Under the pieces are notes generated by a model. It was not told the origin of the DNA. It saw only the letters and a list, made by a program, of their open reading frames with translations, and made no database searches. A DNA stretch of 64,000 bases. Origin: Patescibacteria group bacterium (GTDB lineage Bacteria; Patescibacteriota; Patescibacteriia; UBA9934; GWF2-40-263). Shown here in pieces: positions 39,143-49,100 of the stretch. The stretch lies in contig SCUM01000001.1 in the NCBI GenBank assembly GCA_004297215.1, forward strand, positions 143,456 to 207,455. The letters are read 5' to 3'. The position numbers were made by a program, and so were the translations under genes. The first letter of the stretch is position 1, and every line of letters begins with the position of its first letter.

Positions 39143-39562
39143 GTGCCAGCAATCGTTAAACGTACTTCTGGATACGTAGTTGAACGGCTAGATTTGCGTG
39201 CGACGTGGGATACTGCCTCAGAAGTATCCGCGCTCCTCAAACGACTGAGGGGGTTGAAAATCTACAAGAAGTCGCTCGTGTATTGCGGATTCGACGCGTC
39301 CTGGATAAACCGGATTCAGGACAACCATCCTGCAGTGATGTCGAGGCGATCCACCTTCTGTTCGACGGAAAAAGACCTGCTCGATGGCGACGAGTTGGAA
39401 AGCGCGCTCTATTACGCGCACGGACATCCCCGACCTTGCATGGCTGTCTATGACAGCGCAAGGCTACAACAGGATCCAGGACACCGCGCCCTATATTTCT
39501 TCAAAGAGGAGTGTGGCGGCTACCACGGGGCCTTGATCGCGTTATTTGTTCTCGGAGGATAG
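39143..39562 (+). CDS. Hypothetical protein, lower GC
   Basis: 139-aa ORF preceded by TTGACA at 39074. Confidence 0.55.
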   Translation: MPAIVKRTSGYVVERLDLRATWDTASEVSALLKRLRGLKIYKKSLVYCGFDASWINRIQDNHPAVMSRRSTFCSTEKDLLDGDELESALYYAHGHPRPCMAVYDSARLQQDPGHRALYFFKEECGGYHGALIALFVLGG

Positions 39563-39595
39563 CTCGGAGCGGCTCAGCAATGGGCCGCTCTCTTT

Positions 39596-39934
39596 TTATT
39601 CTGCCTCTTCCGGCGGGAGCGTCTTTTCGATGCGTTTCGCGTGTGCGCGGGCGCCGGCCATTTGCTTGCGTTGGTCGGCCTCATGCTTCTTGAGCTTTTT
39701 TCGGACATCATCCTTCACCCGCATGCGCAGGATGGTGTCGTACCCGCTCGCGACATGAGGCTGCAGCTCGGGGGCCGCCTTGGCGATCGCCTCCTCAAGG
39801 GCTTGGGTCTCCCCTGAGCCTGTCGAAGGGTCGCCTTCGGCAGAATTGGCCTTCAGGATGGCCTGCAACGCCATCCAGACGCGCTCGGTATATCCCGCGG
39901 CGCGTCTCTCGAATCCATACTCGGAATCCCACAT
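39596..39934 (-). CDS. Hypothetical helical protein with in-frame PSTGSG palindrome
   Basis: 112-aa frame; REP-like copy at 39811-39832. Confidence 0.6.
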   Translation of the reverse strand: MWDSEYGFERRAAGYTERVWMALQAILKANSAEGDPSTGSGETQALEEAIAKAAPELQPHVASGYDTILRMRVKDDVRKKLKKHEADQRKQMAGARAHAKRIEKTLPPEEAE

Positions 39935-39999
39935 ACTCCTTCATGGTATCACGGCCGCCCCCCCAGGGGTTGACTTTTTGCCCACAATAGGTTAGGTTG

Positions 40000-40160
40000 T
40001 CAGCGGATCGGTCAACCTGTCCCCCCCAAGTCGGCGGAACGCTTCCGCCCCGATCCCGCTCCCCGAGCAGGGTGAGCGCGTGCGCACGTGTCGACCCGCT
40101 TCGGCGAAATCTCCCCCCGATTTCGTCGACCGGAAGACGCCTCGCGCACCTGAGAGACCT
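40000..40160 (+). ncRNA. Candidate structured non-coding RNA (family unassigned)
   Basis: Promoter TTGACT-17-TAGGTT (39970-39998) followed by about 160 nt of nested stems and no credible ORF. Confidence 0.4.
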
Positions 40161-40204
40161 TGCAATAGGCCTCTCATTTTTATTTGTGCTACCATGCGGC
40201 CGAT

Positions 40205-43198
40205 ATGGGATCCGACCGGCTTTTGCATGGGCTGAACGATGAGCAGGCCAAGGCCGTGCGGCATGGGGAGGGGCCGCTGCTTATCGTAGCCGGGGCCGGG
40301 ACGGGGAAGACCACTGTCATCACCAAGCGCATCGCCTGGCTCATCGAGACGGGAGCGGCAAGGCCCGAGAATATCCTCGCGCTCACGTTCACGGACAAGG
40401 CGGCGGGGGAAATGGAAGAGCGCGTGGACCAGCTGCTGCCGTACGGGTACGTGGACCTGCAGATTTCTACTTTCCATGCGTTCTGCGAAAAGCTGCTGCG
40501 CGACTACGGGACGGAGATGGGATTGCCGCGCGATTTCAAGATGCTCACCGAGATCGATTCCTGGCTGCTTGCCCGCCAGCATTTCGATCGATTTGACCTC
40601 GAACATTATCGGCCGCTGGGGAATCCGACGAAATATCTGCGTGGTCTCCTTTCGCATTTCTCCCGCTGCAAGGATTCAGCCGTCAGCCCGGAGGAGTACC
40701 TCAAGTTCGCCGAGGAGAAGCGGGCGAACCTTGATTCCGCGAATTCGGATGAAGAGGCGACGAACGAGATCCGGCGGATTTCCGAATTGGCCAAGGCATA
40801 TCACACGTACCAACAGATCCTCATCGAGAACGACTCGCTCGATTTCGGCGACCTTATCGCCTATGCGCTTCGCCTTCTCCAAACGCGCCCGAACGTCCTG
40901 AAAGCCGTGCGTGCCAAGTATTCGTTCGTCTTGGTCGACGAGTTCCAGGACACCAACCTCGCGCAGTACGAGCTGGTGAAGCTCATCGCGGCGCCGAAAA
41001 ACAACCTCACGGTGGTGGGCGACGACGACCAGGCGATCTATTCGTTCCGCGGGGCGAGCCTCGAGAACATCCTCACGTTCGAGAGCGATTACCCGAAGGC
41101 GGCGCGCGTGGTGCTCACCGACAACTACCGCTCGGTGCAGACGATCCTCGACCACGCCCACCGGTTCATCCAGGCAAACAACCCGAACCGTCTTGAAGCA
41201 CGCGCCGAAGGGGGGCTGGACAAACGCCTGAAATCCGCACGAACGGACGCGGGGGCGGTCGAACACGTTCATTGCACGACCGTCGAAGAAGAGGTCGGTG
41301 AGGTTGCGCGACGCATCCTGGCCCTCAAGGAAAAGGATCCGGAGCTCAATTGGAACGACGTTGCCATCCTCACGCGCAGCAACGACGCGGCCCTGCCGTT
41401 CATCGCGGCGCTCGATCGTCGCCGGATCCCGTACCTGTTCTACGCGCTGCGCGGGCTGTACGTGAAGCCGGCCGTGCTCGACGTGGTGGCGTTCCTGCGC
41501 GTGCTCGACAACCCGTTCGACAGCCCCAGCTTCTACCGCGTGCTGTCGCATCCGAATTTCGGCATCCCGCATGTGGCGCTCGTCGAACTTTCGCACGCGG
41601 CGAATAGGAAAGGGAAGTCGCTGTACGAGGCGTGCCAGAACGCCCGCGCGTGGAGCGGACTCGATGCGGACGATCTCGGCAAGGTCGACGCGCTGCTGGC
41701 GCTCGTCCTGCGTCTTCGCCCGGAGGCGACAAGACGGAAGGCGTCGGAGCTGTACGTCCTCGTCGCGCGCGAGGCCGGATACGTGGAGCACCTGAACGCG
41801 CTGCCGGACCGTGCCAAGGCCGAGGCGTTCGCATTCCTCGAGCAGTTCTACCGGCGCATGAAGGCGTTCGAGGAGCGGCACGAGAACCCGGTGCTCAAGC
41901 ACTTCCTCGAGGAGTACAAGCACGAGCGCGACGCCGGCGAGGAAGGGGCGCTCGCGCCGGACGTCGAGAGCGGCCCGGACAACGTGCGCGTGATGACCGT
42001 GCACGGGTCGAAGGGGCTCGAGTTCAAGCATGTGTTCGTGGTGAGCCTCATCGACCGTAAGTTTCCCACGGACGTCCGACGCGACGCGATCCCGCTCCCG
42101 GAGGGACTCGTCCCGGCCACGCACGGGGAAGGGGAGTGGCACCTTGAGGAAGAACGCCGCCTGTTCTATGTCGCGATGACGCGGGCGAAGGAAGGGCTCT
42201 ATCTCACCTCGGCCGACGATTACGGCGGCGCGCGAAAACGCAAGGCGTCCCGTTTCCTGGCCGAGCTCGGCCTTACGCAGACGCAGCCGCGACGGATCGC
42301 CGCGAAGGAGATGTTCGACGCGGACGAGGATGCCGGCGGGGTCGTCCTGTCCGAAACCGCGGTAACGATCCATGTCCCGAAACATTTCTCGTTCTCCCAG
42401 CTCGTCGCGTTCCGTTCATGCCCGCTCCAATACAAGTTCGCGCACATCCTCAAGATTCCCGTGTTCGGCAAAGGGACCTTCTCGTTCGGGAAGACGATGC
42501 ACAACACGTTGCACAAATATCTGCAGGCATGGCTGGAACGGACGAGCGTGAAGCAGGAGTCGCTCTTCGCGACGAACGCAAGCTATCCCTCTCCTTTCGA
42601 AGGAGAGGGCATGGGTGAGGTAGGCGTGCCGTCCGTGCCCGTTCCGTTCGAAGAGATGATGGCGATGTACGAGGAGTCCTGGATCGATGACTGGTATCGT
42701 GACGACGCTGAACGTGAAAAATACCGAAAGGAGGGTAAGGCCTCACTCAAGACCATCTTCGGGCAGTTCGAAGCGCGACGGCCGTTGCCGCACATGTTAG
42801 AACAGGCGTTCACCCTGAAGGTAGGTGACATCACCCTTAAGGGTCGCATCGACCGCATCGACGCGCTTCCCGAAGGCGGCTACGAGATCATCGACTACAA
42901 GACCGGCACGCCGAAGACGGAAGAGAAGATGGACAAGGGCGACCGCGAACAGCTGTATCTCTATCAGCTCGCCGCGCAAGAGTTGCTCGGGCTCGAGGTG
43001 AAGAGGCTGACCTATCACTATCTCAAGGACCACTCCCAAGTGTCGTTCCTCGGCACCGCGGACGACCTGCTCACCCTGCGCGAAGACATCGTGGACCGGG
43101 TGAACCGCATCAAGGCGAGCGCGTTCACGGCGACGCCGAACCAGTTCACCTGCGCCACCTGCGACTTCCGCGACATCTGCGAATTTTCTCAAGCGTGA
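40205..43198 (+). CDS. UvrD/PcrA-like helicase fused to a PD-(D/E)XK nuclease with four Fe-S-type cysteines
   Basis: AGAGTGKT, VDEFQD, GDDDQAIY, EERRLFYVAMTRA; C-terminal CPLQY, GRIDRID, IIDYKTG, CATCDFRDIC. Confidence 0.93.
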   Translation: MGSDRLLHGLNDEQAKAVRHGEGPLLIVAGAGTGKTTVITKRIAWLIETGAARPENILALTFTDKAAGEMEERVDQLLPYGYVDLQISTFHAFCEKLLRDYGTEMGLPRDFKMLTEIDSWLLARQHFDRFDLEHYRPLGNPTKYLRGLLSHFSRCKDSAVSPEEYLKFAEEKRANLDSANSDEEATNEIRRISELAKAYHTYQQILIENDSLDFGDLIAYALRLLQTRPNVLKAVRAKYSFVLVDEFQDTNLAQYELVKLIAAPKNNLTVVGDDDQAIYSFRGASLENILTFESDYPKAARVVLTDNYRSVQTILDHAHRFIQANNPNRLEARAEGGLDKRLKSARTDAGAVEHVHCTTVEEEVGEVARRILALKEKDPELNWNDVAILTRSNDAALPFIAALDRRRIPYLFYALRGLYVKPAVLDVVAFLRVLDNPFDSPSFYRVLSHPNFGIPHVALVELSHAANRKGKSLYEACQNARAWSGLDADDLGKVDALLALVLRLRPEATRRKASELYVLVAREAGYVEHLNALPDRAKAEAFAFLEQFYRRMKAFEERHENPVLKHFLEEYKHERDAGEEGALAPDVESGPDNVRVMTVHGSKGLEFKHVFVVSLIDRKFPTDVRRDAIPLPEGLVPATHGEGEWHLEEERRLFYVAMTRAKEGLYLTSADDYGGARKRKASRFLAELGLTQTQPRRIAAKEMFDADEDAGGVVLSETAVTIHVPKHFSFSQLVAFRSCPLQYKFAHILKIPVFGKGTFSFGKTMHNTLHKYLQAWLERTSVKQESLFATNASYPSPFEGEGMGEVGVPSVPVPFEEMMAMYEESWIDDWYRDDAEREKYRKEGKASLKTIFGQFEARRPLPHMLEQAFTLKVGDITLKGRIDRIDALPEGGYEIIDYKTGTPKTEEKMDKGDREQLYLYQLAAQELLGLEVKRLTYHYLKDHSQVSFLGTADDLLTLREDIVDRVNRIKASAFTATPNQFTCATCDFRDICEFSQA

Positions 43199-43202
43199 AC
43201 GT

Positions 43203-43535
43203 ATGGCATTCGATGCGTTGAAGGATCTCCTCCCGGGCGCGATGAACCGCGGGCATATCGCCGAGCAGGTCGCGATCGCGCGGGCGCTTGAAGGGGCGAA
43301 CCGCGCGATTGCCGCGGCGCTTCCGGCCGGGCGCGACGGGGACGCCCGCGCCCTGTCGCTTCGCGACGGGGTGGTCATGATCGCCTGCCTGAACGCGCCG
43401 GCGATGCGGCTCATCTCGCGCATCGAGCGCGACGTGGTGGCCGGGGCGCTGAAGGAAGCGCCCAAAAGCGACATCCACGGCATCCGCGTCCGTCTCGTGC
43501 AACGGATCTCCGCCTCCGGAGATATGATAGGATGA
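43203..43535 (+). CDS. DciA/DUF721 family protein
   Basis: Size, the ALSLRDGVVMIACLN strand pattern and gene context. Confidence 0.55.
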   Translation: MAFDALKDLLPGAMNRGHIAEQVAIARALEGANRAIAAALPAGRDGDARALSLRDGVVMIACLNAPAMRLISRIERDVVAGALKEAPKSDIHGIRVRLVQRISASGDMIG

Positions 43536-43542
43536 GTGCCGT

Positions 43543-43926
43543 ATGACCTTACGCGGCTACCTCGCCGTCATGGCGCTCGCCTCGGTCGCGGCGTGGCTCT
43601 CGTGGATCATCGTGCTCGTGGCCATCGACCCGTCGCAGGCGGGCACGCTCGGATTCGTGTTCTTTTACCTCACCCTTGCGGCCGCGCTCATCGGTTCCAT
43701 CGCCACGCTCGGCGCGGCCGTCCGCGTGTGGGCGAGGCGCGAGGAGCTTGCCGCCCGGCACGTGTCGAAGTCGCTCCGGCACGGGCTGTTCGTCACGGCG
43801 CTCGTCATGCTGTCGCTTCTCCTGCTTCCGAAAGGGTTCCTCACCTGGTGGACCGCCACCTTGCTCATCATCTTCTTTTCCTTGCTCGAACTCGCGTTCG
43901 TTTCGGCCCAAAAGGGGAGGGGATAA
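43543..43926 (+). CDS. Four-TM hypothetical membrane protein
   Basis: IDP and SLRHG motifs; hydrophobic. Confidence 0.75.
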   Translation: MTLRGYLAVMALASVAAWLSWIIVLVAIDPSQAGTLGFVFFYLTLAAALIGSIATLGAAVRVWARREELAARHVSKSLRHGLFVTALVMLSLLLLPKGFLTWWTATLLIIFFSLLELAFVSAQKGRG

Positions 43927-43984
43927 CGGGTGCATACGCGCCCTTGTGCCTAACCCCGGGCTTGGCTAAGCTTCGGGCGGGATT

Positions 43985-45037
43985 ATGCTGAACCGGTTGC
44001 TCGGACGCTTCTCCAAGGACCTCGGGATCGACCTCGGCACGTCGAATACGTTGGTGTACTCGCAGGAGCGCGGCATCGTCATCAACGAGCCGTCGATCGT
44101 GGCCGTGAACGTCCGATCGAACCAGATCCTCGCGGTCGGGCGCGACGCCAAGGACATGCTCGGCAAGACCCCGCCGCACATCTCCATCACTAAGCCGCTT
44201 TCCAAAGGGGTCATTTCCGATTTCGAGGTCACGGAAAAGATGCTCAAGTACTTCATCGACCAGGTGCACAAGGAATCCTTCACCATCGTCCCGAGGCCGC
44301 GCGTGGTGATCGGCGTGCCGCTCGAAACCACCGAGGTGGAACGCAAGGCGATCGAGGACGCGGCGCTCTCGGCCGGCGCGCGCGCGGTGTTCATGGTGGA
44401 AAACCCGCTCTTGGCCGCCATCGGCGCGCGCCTCCCCATCACCGATTCGGTCGGGACCATGGTGGTGGACGTGGGCGGCGGCACCACGGAGATCGCCGTC
44501 ATGTCGCTTTCCGGCATCGTGACCTGGAAGTCCCTTCCCGTGGCCGGCGAGGAGATGAACAAGAACATCATCCAGTACGCCCGTGACGTCTTCAGCCTGC
44601 TCCTGGGGGAGCGCAACGCCGAGCAGGTCAAGATCCGCGTGGGCACCGCCATCCCGCCCGCCGACGGGCCGCTCACGCTCGAGATGCGCGGCCGCGACCT
44701 GGTGACCGGCCTCCCGAAGGAGATCCTCGTGAACGACGGGCAGGTCCGCGAGGCGCTTCGCCGCAGCATCTCCACCATCATCGAGAACGTGAAGGCGACG
44801 CTTGAGGTGACCCCGCCCGAACTGGTGTCGGACATCTATGAGCGCGGCATCGTGCTCACGGGAGGCGGCGCGCTCCTGCGAGGGCTGGACGTCCTGTTGA
44901 GCCGCGAGGCCGCCATCCCCGTGCGCGTGGCGGAGGACCCCCTGACCTGCGTGGTGCGCGGGGCAGGGGCGTTGCTTGACGACGAGACGCTCCTCAAGGA
45001 CATCGCCATGCCGTCGAGCCAAGGTCCGGTGAGCTGA
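43985..45037 (+). CDS. mreB: Rod shape-determining protein MreB
   Basis: GIDLGTSNT, VDVGGGTT, LTGGGALL. Confidence 0.97.
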   Translation: MLNRLLGRFSKDLGIDLGTSNTLVYSQERGIVINEPSIVAVNVRSNQILAVGRDAKDMLGKTPPHISITKPLSKGVISDFEVTEKMLKYFIDQVHKESFTIVPRPRVVIGVPLETTEVERKAIEDAALSAGARAVFMVENPLLAAIGARLPITDSVGTMVVDVGGGTTEIAVMSLSGIVTWKSLPVAGEEMNKNIIQYARDVFSLLLGERNAEQVKIRVGTAIPPADGPLTLEMRGRDLVTGLPKEILVNDGQVREALRRSISTIIENVKATLEVTPPELVSDIYERGIVLTGGGALLRGLDVLLSREAAIPVRVAEDPLTCVVRGAGALLDDETLLKDIAMPSSQGPVS

Positions 45038-45042
45038 TCCCT

Positions 45043-45798
45043 GTGAGACGTGAAACGTCGCGCCTCATCCGCTACGCGTTCGTCGCCGCCGCCCTGGGAG
45101 CGGCCGCGATCTGGTTCCGGACCCCGCTGGAACGGATGGCCTCGGCGGCCGTCGCCCCGCTCGCCCGCTCGGGGCGCTGGATCTCCGGGTCGATCGAGGA
45201 GGACGAGATCGGGAAGCTCGAGGCTCGGGTCGCGTCGTTATCGACCGACCGCGCCGAGCTGGAACTCCTGCGCGACGAGAACCTCCGGCTGCGCGACCGC
45301 CTCGCCTTTCAGGAACGCACGCGATTCAACGCGGTCCAGGCCACCATCGTCCTGCGAGACGCCTCCCGGCCTACGCGCCGGTTCGTCTTGGATCGCGGGG
45401 CGGATGACGGGGTGGCCCCGGGCGCGGCCGTGGTCGCGGGCAACGGCCAATACGTGGGCAAGGTCGTAGGGGTCACGGCCGCCACCGCGACGGTGGCGGA
45501 GGCGACGGCGCCTGGGGAAAAGACCGCGACCACCCTCCTCAACCTCACCCGGACGATCGGGCTTTCGGAGGGGGACGGCTCGTCATTGCTCACCATGCGC
45601 TTCATCCCGCACGACCAGGCCATCGCCGTGAACGACCTGGTGGTCACCTCCGGGCTCGAGGACCACGTGCCCGCCGGGCTGGTGGTGGGGGTGGTGAACG
45701 CGGTCACGGACGATCCCACCTCGCCGTTCCAGGACGCGGTCGTCGAGCCGATCGTCGACCTCAGGCGCGAGACGTCGCTCGCCATCCTCGTCGACTAG
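45043..45798 (+). CDS. mreC: MreC
   Basis: ENLRLR, LDRG..DGV, VVTSG...PAGLVVG. Confidence 0.9.
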   Translation: MRRETSRLIRYAFVAAALGAAAIWFRTPLERMASAAVAPLARSGRWISGSIEEDEIGKLEARVASLSTDRAELELLRDENLRLRDRLAFQERTRFNAVQATIVLRDASRPTRRFVLDRGADDGVAPGAAVVAGNGQYVGKVVGVTAATATVAEATAPGEKTATTLLNLTRTIGLSEGDGSSLLTMRFIPHDQAIAVNDLVVTSGLEDHVPAGLVVGVVNAVTDDPTSPFQDAVVEPIVDLRRETSLAILVD

Positions 45799-45802
45799 GC
45801 CT

Positions 45803-46318
45803 GTGCCGCGCATCGTGCTCTCGGCGGCCATCGCGACCCTCCTCTTCCTCGTCGAACGTTCGCTGTTCGGCGCGCTTCCGGATCCCTTCCCGCGCACCCC
45901 GCTCGTGCTTGCCTGCGGGACGTACCTCGTCCAGCACCTGGACCTGCGCGACGGAGCCGCCTGGATCATCCTCTCCGGACTCCTCAGCGACGTCATCGGA
46001 CTCACCGCGCCGGGGGCCGTCCTTGCAGGCGCGGTGGCGGCCGCCACCTGCCTGACGTTGTCCCGATCGGTATTCACCAATCGTTCCTTGTACGGCATCG
46101 TCGCCTGCGGCGCCTGCACGATGATCGCCTGGGCCGTCACGTACGCGTCCCTCCTGGCGATCCAGGGAGCGCTTGCCCATGCCCCAAGCGGCTGGGCCGA
46201 CCCGATCCTCGGCCTTCCGAGCACGCTCGTGCTCGGGACGGTCATCCTCGCCTTCCTCTTCCGCCTAGCCAAGCGCCTTCGCGGAGCCCTTTCCTCCGCC
46301 ATCATGCTGAATCGATGA
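45803..46318 (+). CDS. mreD: MreD-like membrane protein
   Basis: Hydrophobic, GLLSD motif, between mreC and mrdA. Confidence 0.65.
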   Translation: MPRIVLSAAIATLLFLVERSLFGALPDPFPRTPLVLACGTYLVQHLDLRDGAAWIILSGLLSDVIGLTAPGAVLAGAVAAATCLTLSRSVFTNRSLYGIVACGACTMIAWAVTYASLLAIQGALAHAPSGWADPILGLPSTLVLGTVILAFLFRLAKRLRGALSSAIMLNR

Positions 46319-46331
46319 CTTCACGCATGCT

Positions 46332-48278
46332 ATGGTCCCGACGTCCCTGCGTAACGATGACCCGTCCCACCCGTTCCGCCTCCAGGAGGACGGCCGGTTT
46401 GGGCGGGTCGGCGCGGCCGAAGGGATCGGGCAGGACGCCGGCATCCTCCTCGAGCACGCCACGGCCGGGGAGGGAATCTCGCGCGTCGGCACGTCGATCC
46501 CGTCGCGACGCTATGTCGGCGCCGCGACAGGCGCATCCATCCTGCTGATCGGCCTGCTCGCCCGATGCGTGGACCTGCAAGTGGTGCGGGCCGCCGCCTA
46601 CCGCGCGCTGGCCGAGGGCAACCGGGTCCAGGAACGCGTCACCGACGCCCCGCGCGGCATCGTGGCCGACCGCCACGGGAACGTCCTCATCCGGAACGTG
46701 TCATCGTTCATGCTCACCCTCACCGCCTCGGCGCTCCCGACCGACGAGGCGCAGCGCGACCTGGTGCTGTCCCGCGCCGCGGAGCTTGCCGGGGTAACGA
46801 GGACGGACATCGACCTGCTCCTTTCGGACGCCTCGCGCACGGACCTCCCCGTGCCCGTGCGTCGCGGCATCCCTTACGAGTCCGCCATGCGCCTTGCGGT
46901 GGAAACGTCGCGCCTTCCCGGCTTCGCGCTCGACACCTCGATCTCCCGCCAATACGACACCGACGCAAGCTCGCTCTCCCATGTCCTCGGGTATGTCGGA
47001 CGGATGGACCAGGGAGAGCTTGACGCGCACCCCGGATATCGCCGGACCGACGACATCGGCAAGGCCGGGATCGAACGCGGGGCCGAGGCGCTGCTGCGCG
47101 GCCTCCCGGGCCGCCAAGTCGTGGAGGTGGACGCGCTTGGCAACGAGCTGACCCTCGTTTCCGACGTGCCAAGCGTCCCGGGAGCCAACCTCATCCTCGC
47201 GATCGACGCGGATCTCCAGTCCCTCATAGAACGGCGCCTGGAAGAGACCTTCGCGCGCAGCGGCACGTCCCGGGCGTCGGTGGTCGCGCTCGATCCGCGT
47301 TCCGGCGCCGTTCGCGCGCTCGTGAGCCTCCCTGCCTACGACAGCAACAGCTTCGCGCTTGGCATCAGCCACGCCGAATATGAGCGCCTCGTCACGGACG
47401 AGGACCAGCCGCTGTTCCCGCGCGCGGTTTCCGGAGAATTCCCGAGCGGGTCCGTGTTCAAGCCGTTCGTCTCGTACGCGGCGCTGAAAGAAGGGGTGGT
47501 GGACGAACGCACGAGTTTCCTGTCCACCGGCGGGATTTCCATCGGGCCGTGGTACTTTCCGGACTGGAAGGCCGGCGGACACGGCACGACCGACGTCCGC
47601 AAGGCGATCGCGGACTCCGTCAACACGTTCTTTTACGTCGTCGGCGGCGGGCTCGACCAAGTGACGGGGCTTGGCGTGGAACGCATCACCGATTACGCCA
47701 GGATGTTCGGATTCGGCAAACGGACGGGCATCGAGCTGCCCGGCGAGGCGGACGGGTTCCTCCCGACGAAGGAGTGGAAGCTGGAAACCAAGGGGGAACG
47801 ATGGTTCGTCGGAGACACCTACCACCTCTCGATCGGACAGGGCGACCTGCTCGCCACCCCGCTTCAGGTCGCCGCGGCGACGGCGGCGATCGCCAATGGC
47901 GGACGGACGGTGCGTCCGCATCTCATCGAAGGCGTCGACGGTCCGACCGTCCCCGGGCAGGCGATCTTCGCCTCCCGCGTGCCGTCGCAGACATTCGATC
48001 CGGCCCTGGTGCGCGTGGTCCAGGAAGGGATGCGCCAAGGGGTCACCAAAGGCAGCTCGAGGGGCCTCGCGGGCATGTCCATCGCGCTTGCGGGAAAGAC
48101 CGGGACGGCCCAGACGCCGGGAGACAACCCCACGCATGCCTGGTGGACCGGTTACGGCCCGTACGGCAGCCCCACGCTCGCGGTCACGATCCTCATCGAG
48201 CATGGAGGGGAGGGGTCGAGCGCGGCGATCCCGATCGCCCGGGACATTTTCGACTGGTGGAGCGTGAACGGGGAGTGA
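46332..48278 (+). CDS. mrdA: Penicillin-binding protein 2
   Basis: APRGIVADR, GSVFK (SxxK), SVN, KTGTAQ. Confidence 0.93.
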   Translation: MVPTSLRNDDPSHPFRLQEDGRFGRVGAAEGIGQDAGILLEHATAGEGISRVGTSIPSRRYVGAATGASILLIGLLARCVDLQVVRAAAYRALAEGNRVQERVTDAPRGIVADRHGNVLIRNVSSFMLTLTASALPTDEAQRDLVLSRAAELAGVTRTDIDLLLSDASRTDLPVPVRRGIPYESAMRLAVETSRLPGFALDTSISRQYDTDASSLSHVLGYVGRMDQGELDAHPGYRRTDDIGKAGIERGAEALLRGLPGRQVVEVDALGNELTLVSDVPSVPGANLILAIDADLQSLIERRLEETFARSGTSRASVVALDPRSGAVRALVSLPAYDSNSFALGISHAEYERLVTDEDQPLFPRAVSGEFPSGSVFKPFVSYAALKEGVVDERTSFLSTGGISIGPWYFPDWKAGGHGTTDVRKAIADSVNTFFYVVGGGLDQVTGLGVERITDYARMFGFGKRTGIELPGEADGFLPTKEWKLETKGERWFVGDTYHLSIGQGDLLATPLQVAAATAAIANGGRTVRPHLIEGVDGPTVPGQAIFASRVPSQTFDPALVRVVQEGMRQGVTKGSSRGLAGMSIALAGKTGTAQTPGDNPTHAWWTGYGPYGSPTLAVTILIEHGGEGSSAAIPIARDIFDWWSVNGE

Positions 48279-49097
48279 TCAGGAACCTCGGACGCGGCCG
48301 ACGATCGCGCAGGCCGCGAACAGTCCGGAGGCCGCGAGCACGATGGGGGCGCCGGAAGGCAGGTCGAATCGGATGGAGGCGAACAGGCCGAGGATCATCG
48401 CGAGTTCCGAGAGGAGGACGGTCATGATGAGCGTCCCGCGGAAGGTGCGCGCCACCTGCCTCGCGGCGGCGGACGGGATGATGAGGAGCGCCGACACGAG
48501 GATGAGGCCGACGAGCTTCACGCCGAACACGATCGCGGCGGCGAGGGACAGGTAGAGGAGCAGCGTGTGCAGCCGGACGTTGACCCCGCTGACCGCGGCG
48601 GATTCCTGCGAAAGGGAGAGGAACGTGAGGGAGCGGCGCGCATGGATGACCCAGGCGCCGATTCCCAACGCGGCAAGCGCGGTGAGGGCGAGGTCGCCGC
48701 CGCCCACGGACAGGATGCTGCCAAACAGCGCTTCCTCAAGCGCCTCGAAGTCCTGCGCGCCGCCCAGCGCGCCGAAGAGCACGATGCCGACGGCCATGCT
48801 CGTCGTGAATAGGATCGCGAGGATCGTATCTGACGGGAGCCTCGTCGAACGTTCGAGGCGGTACATCGCATAGGCGATGCACAGTCCCCAGGCAAGGGCG
48901 ACGGGAAGCGCTGACACGCCGCCGATGACCGCGACCGCTACCCCGGCAAGGGACGCGTGGCCGATCCCTTCGCCAAACAGCGCCATGCGCTTCAACGCGG
49001 CGAACACCCCGAGCGTGCCGATGAGCGGCGCGATGATCATGCCTGCGGCGAACGCGCGGGAGACCGGGTCGGCGAGGACGAAGGAAAGCGGTTCCAT
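48279..49097 (-). CDS. znuB: Zn/Mn ABC transporter permease
   Basis: GIGHASLAG, LFGSIL, LLIIP, PSGA.IVL. Confidence 0.9.
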   Translation of the reverse strand: MEPLSFVLADPVSRAFAAGMIIAPLIGTLGVFAALKRMALFGEGIGHASLAGVAVAVIGGVSALPVALAWGLCIAYAMYRLERSTRLPSDTILAILFTTSMAVGIVLFGALGGAQDFEALEEALFGSILSVGGGDLALTALAALGIGAWVIHARRSLTFLSLSQESAAVSGVNVRLHTLLLYLSLAAAIVFGVKLVGLILVSALLIIPSAAARQVARTFRGTLIMTVLLSELAMILGLFASIRFDLPSGAPIVLAASGLFAACAIVGRVRGS

Positions 49098-49100
49098 AGG

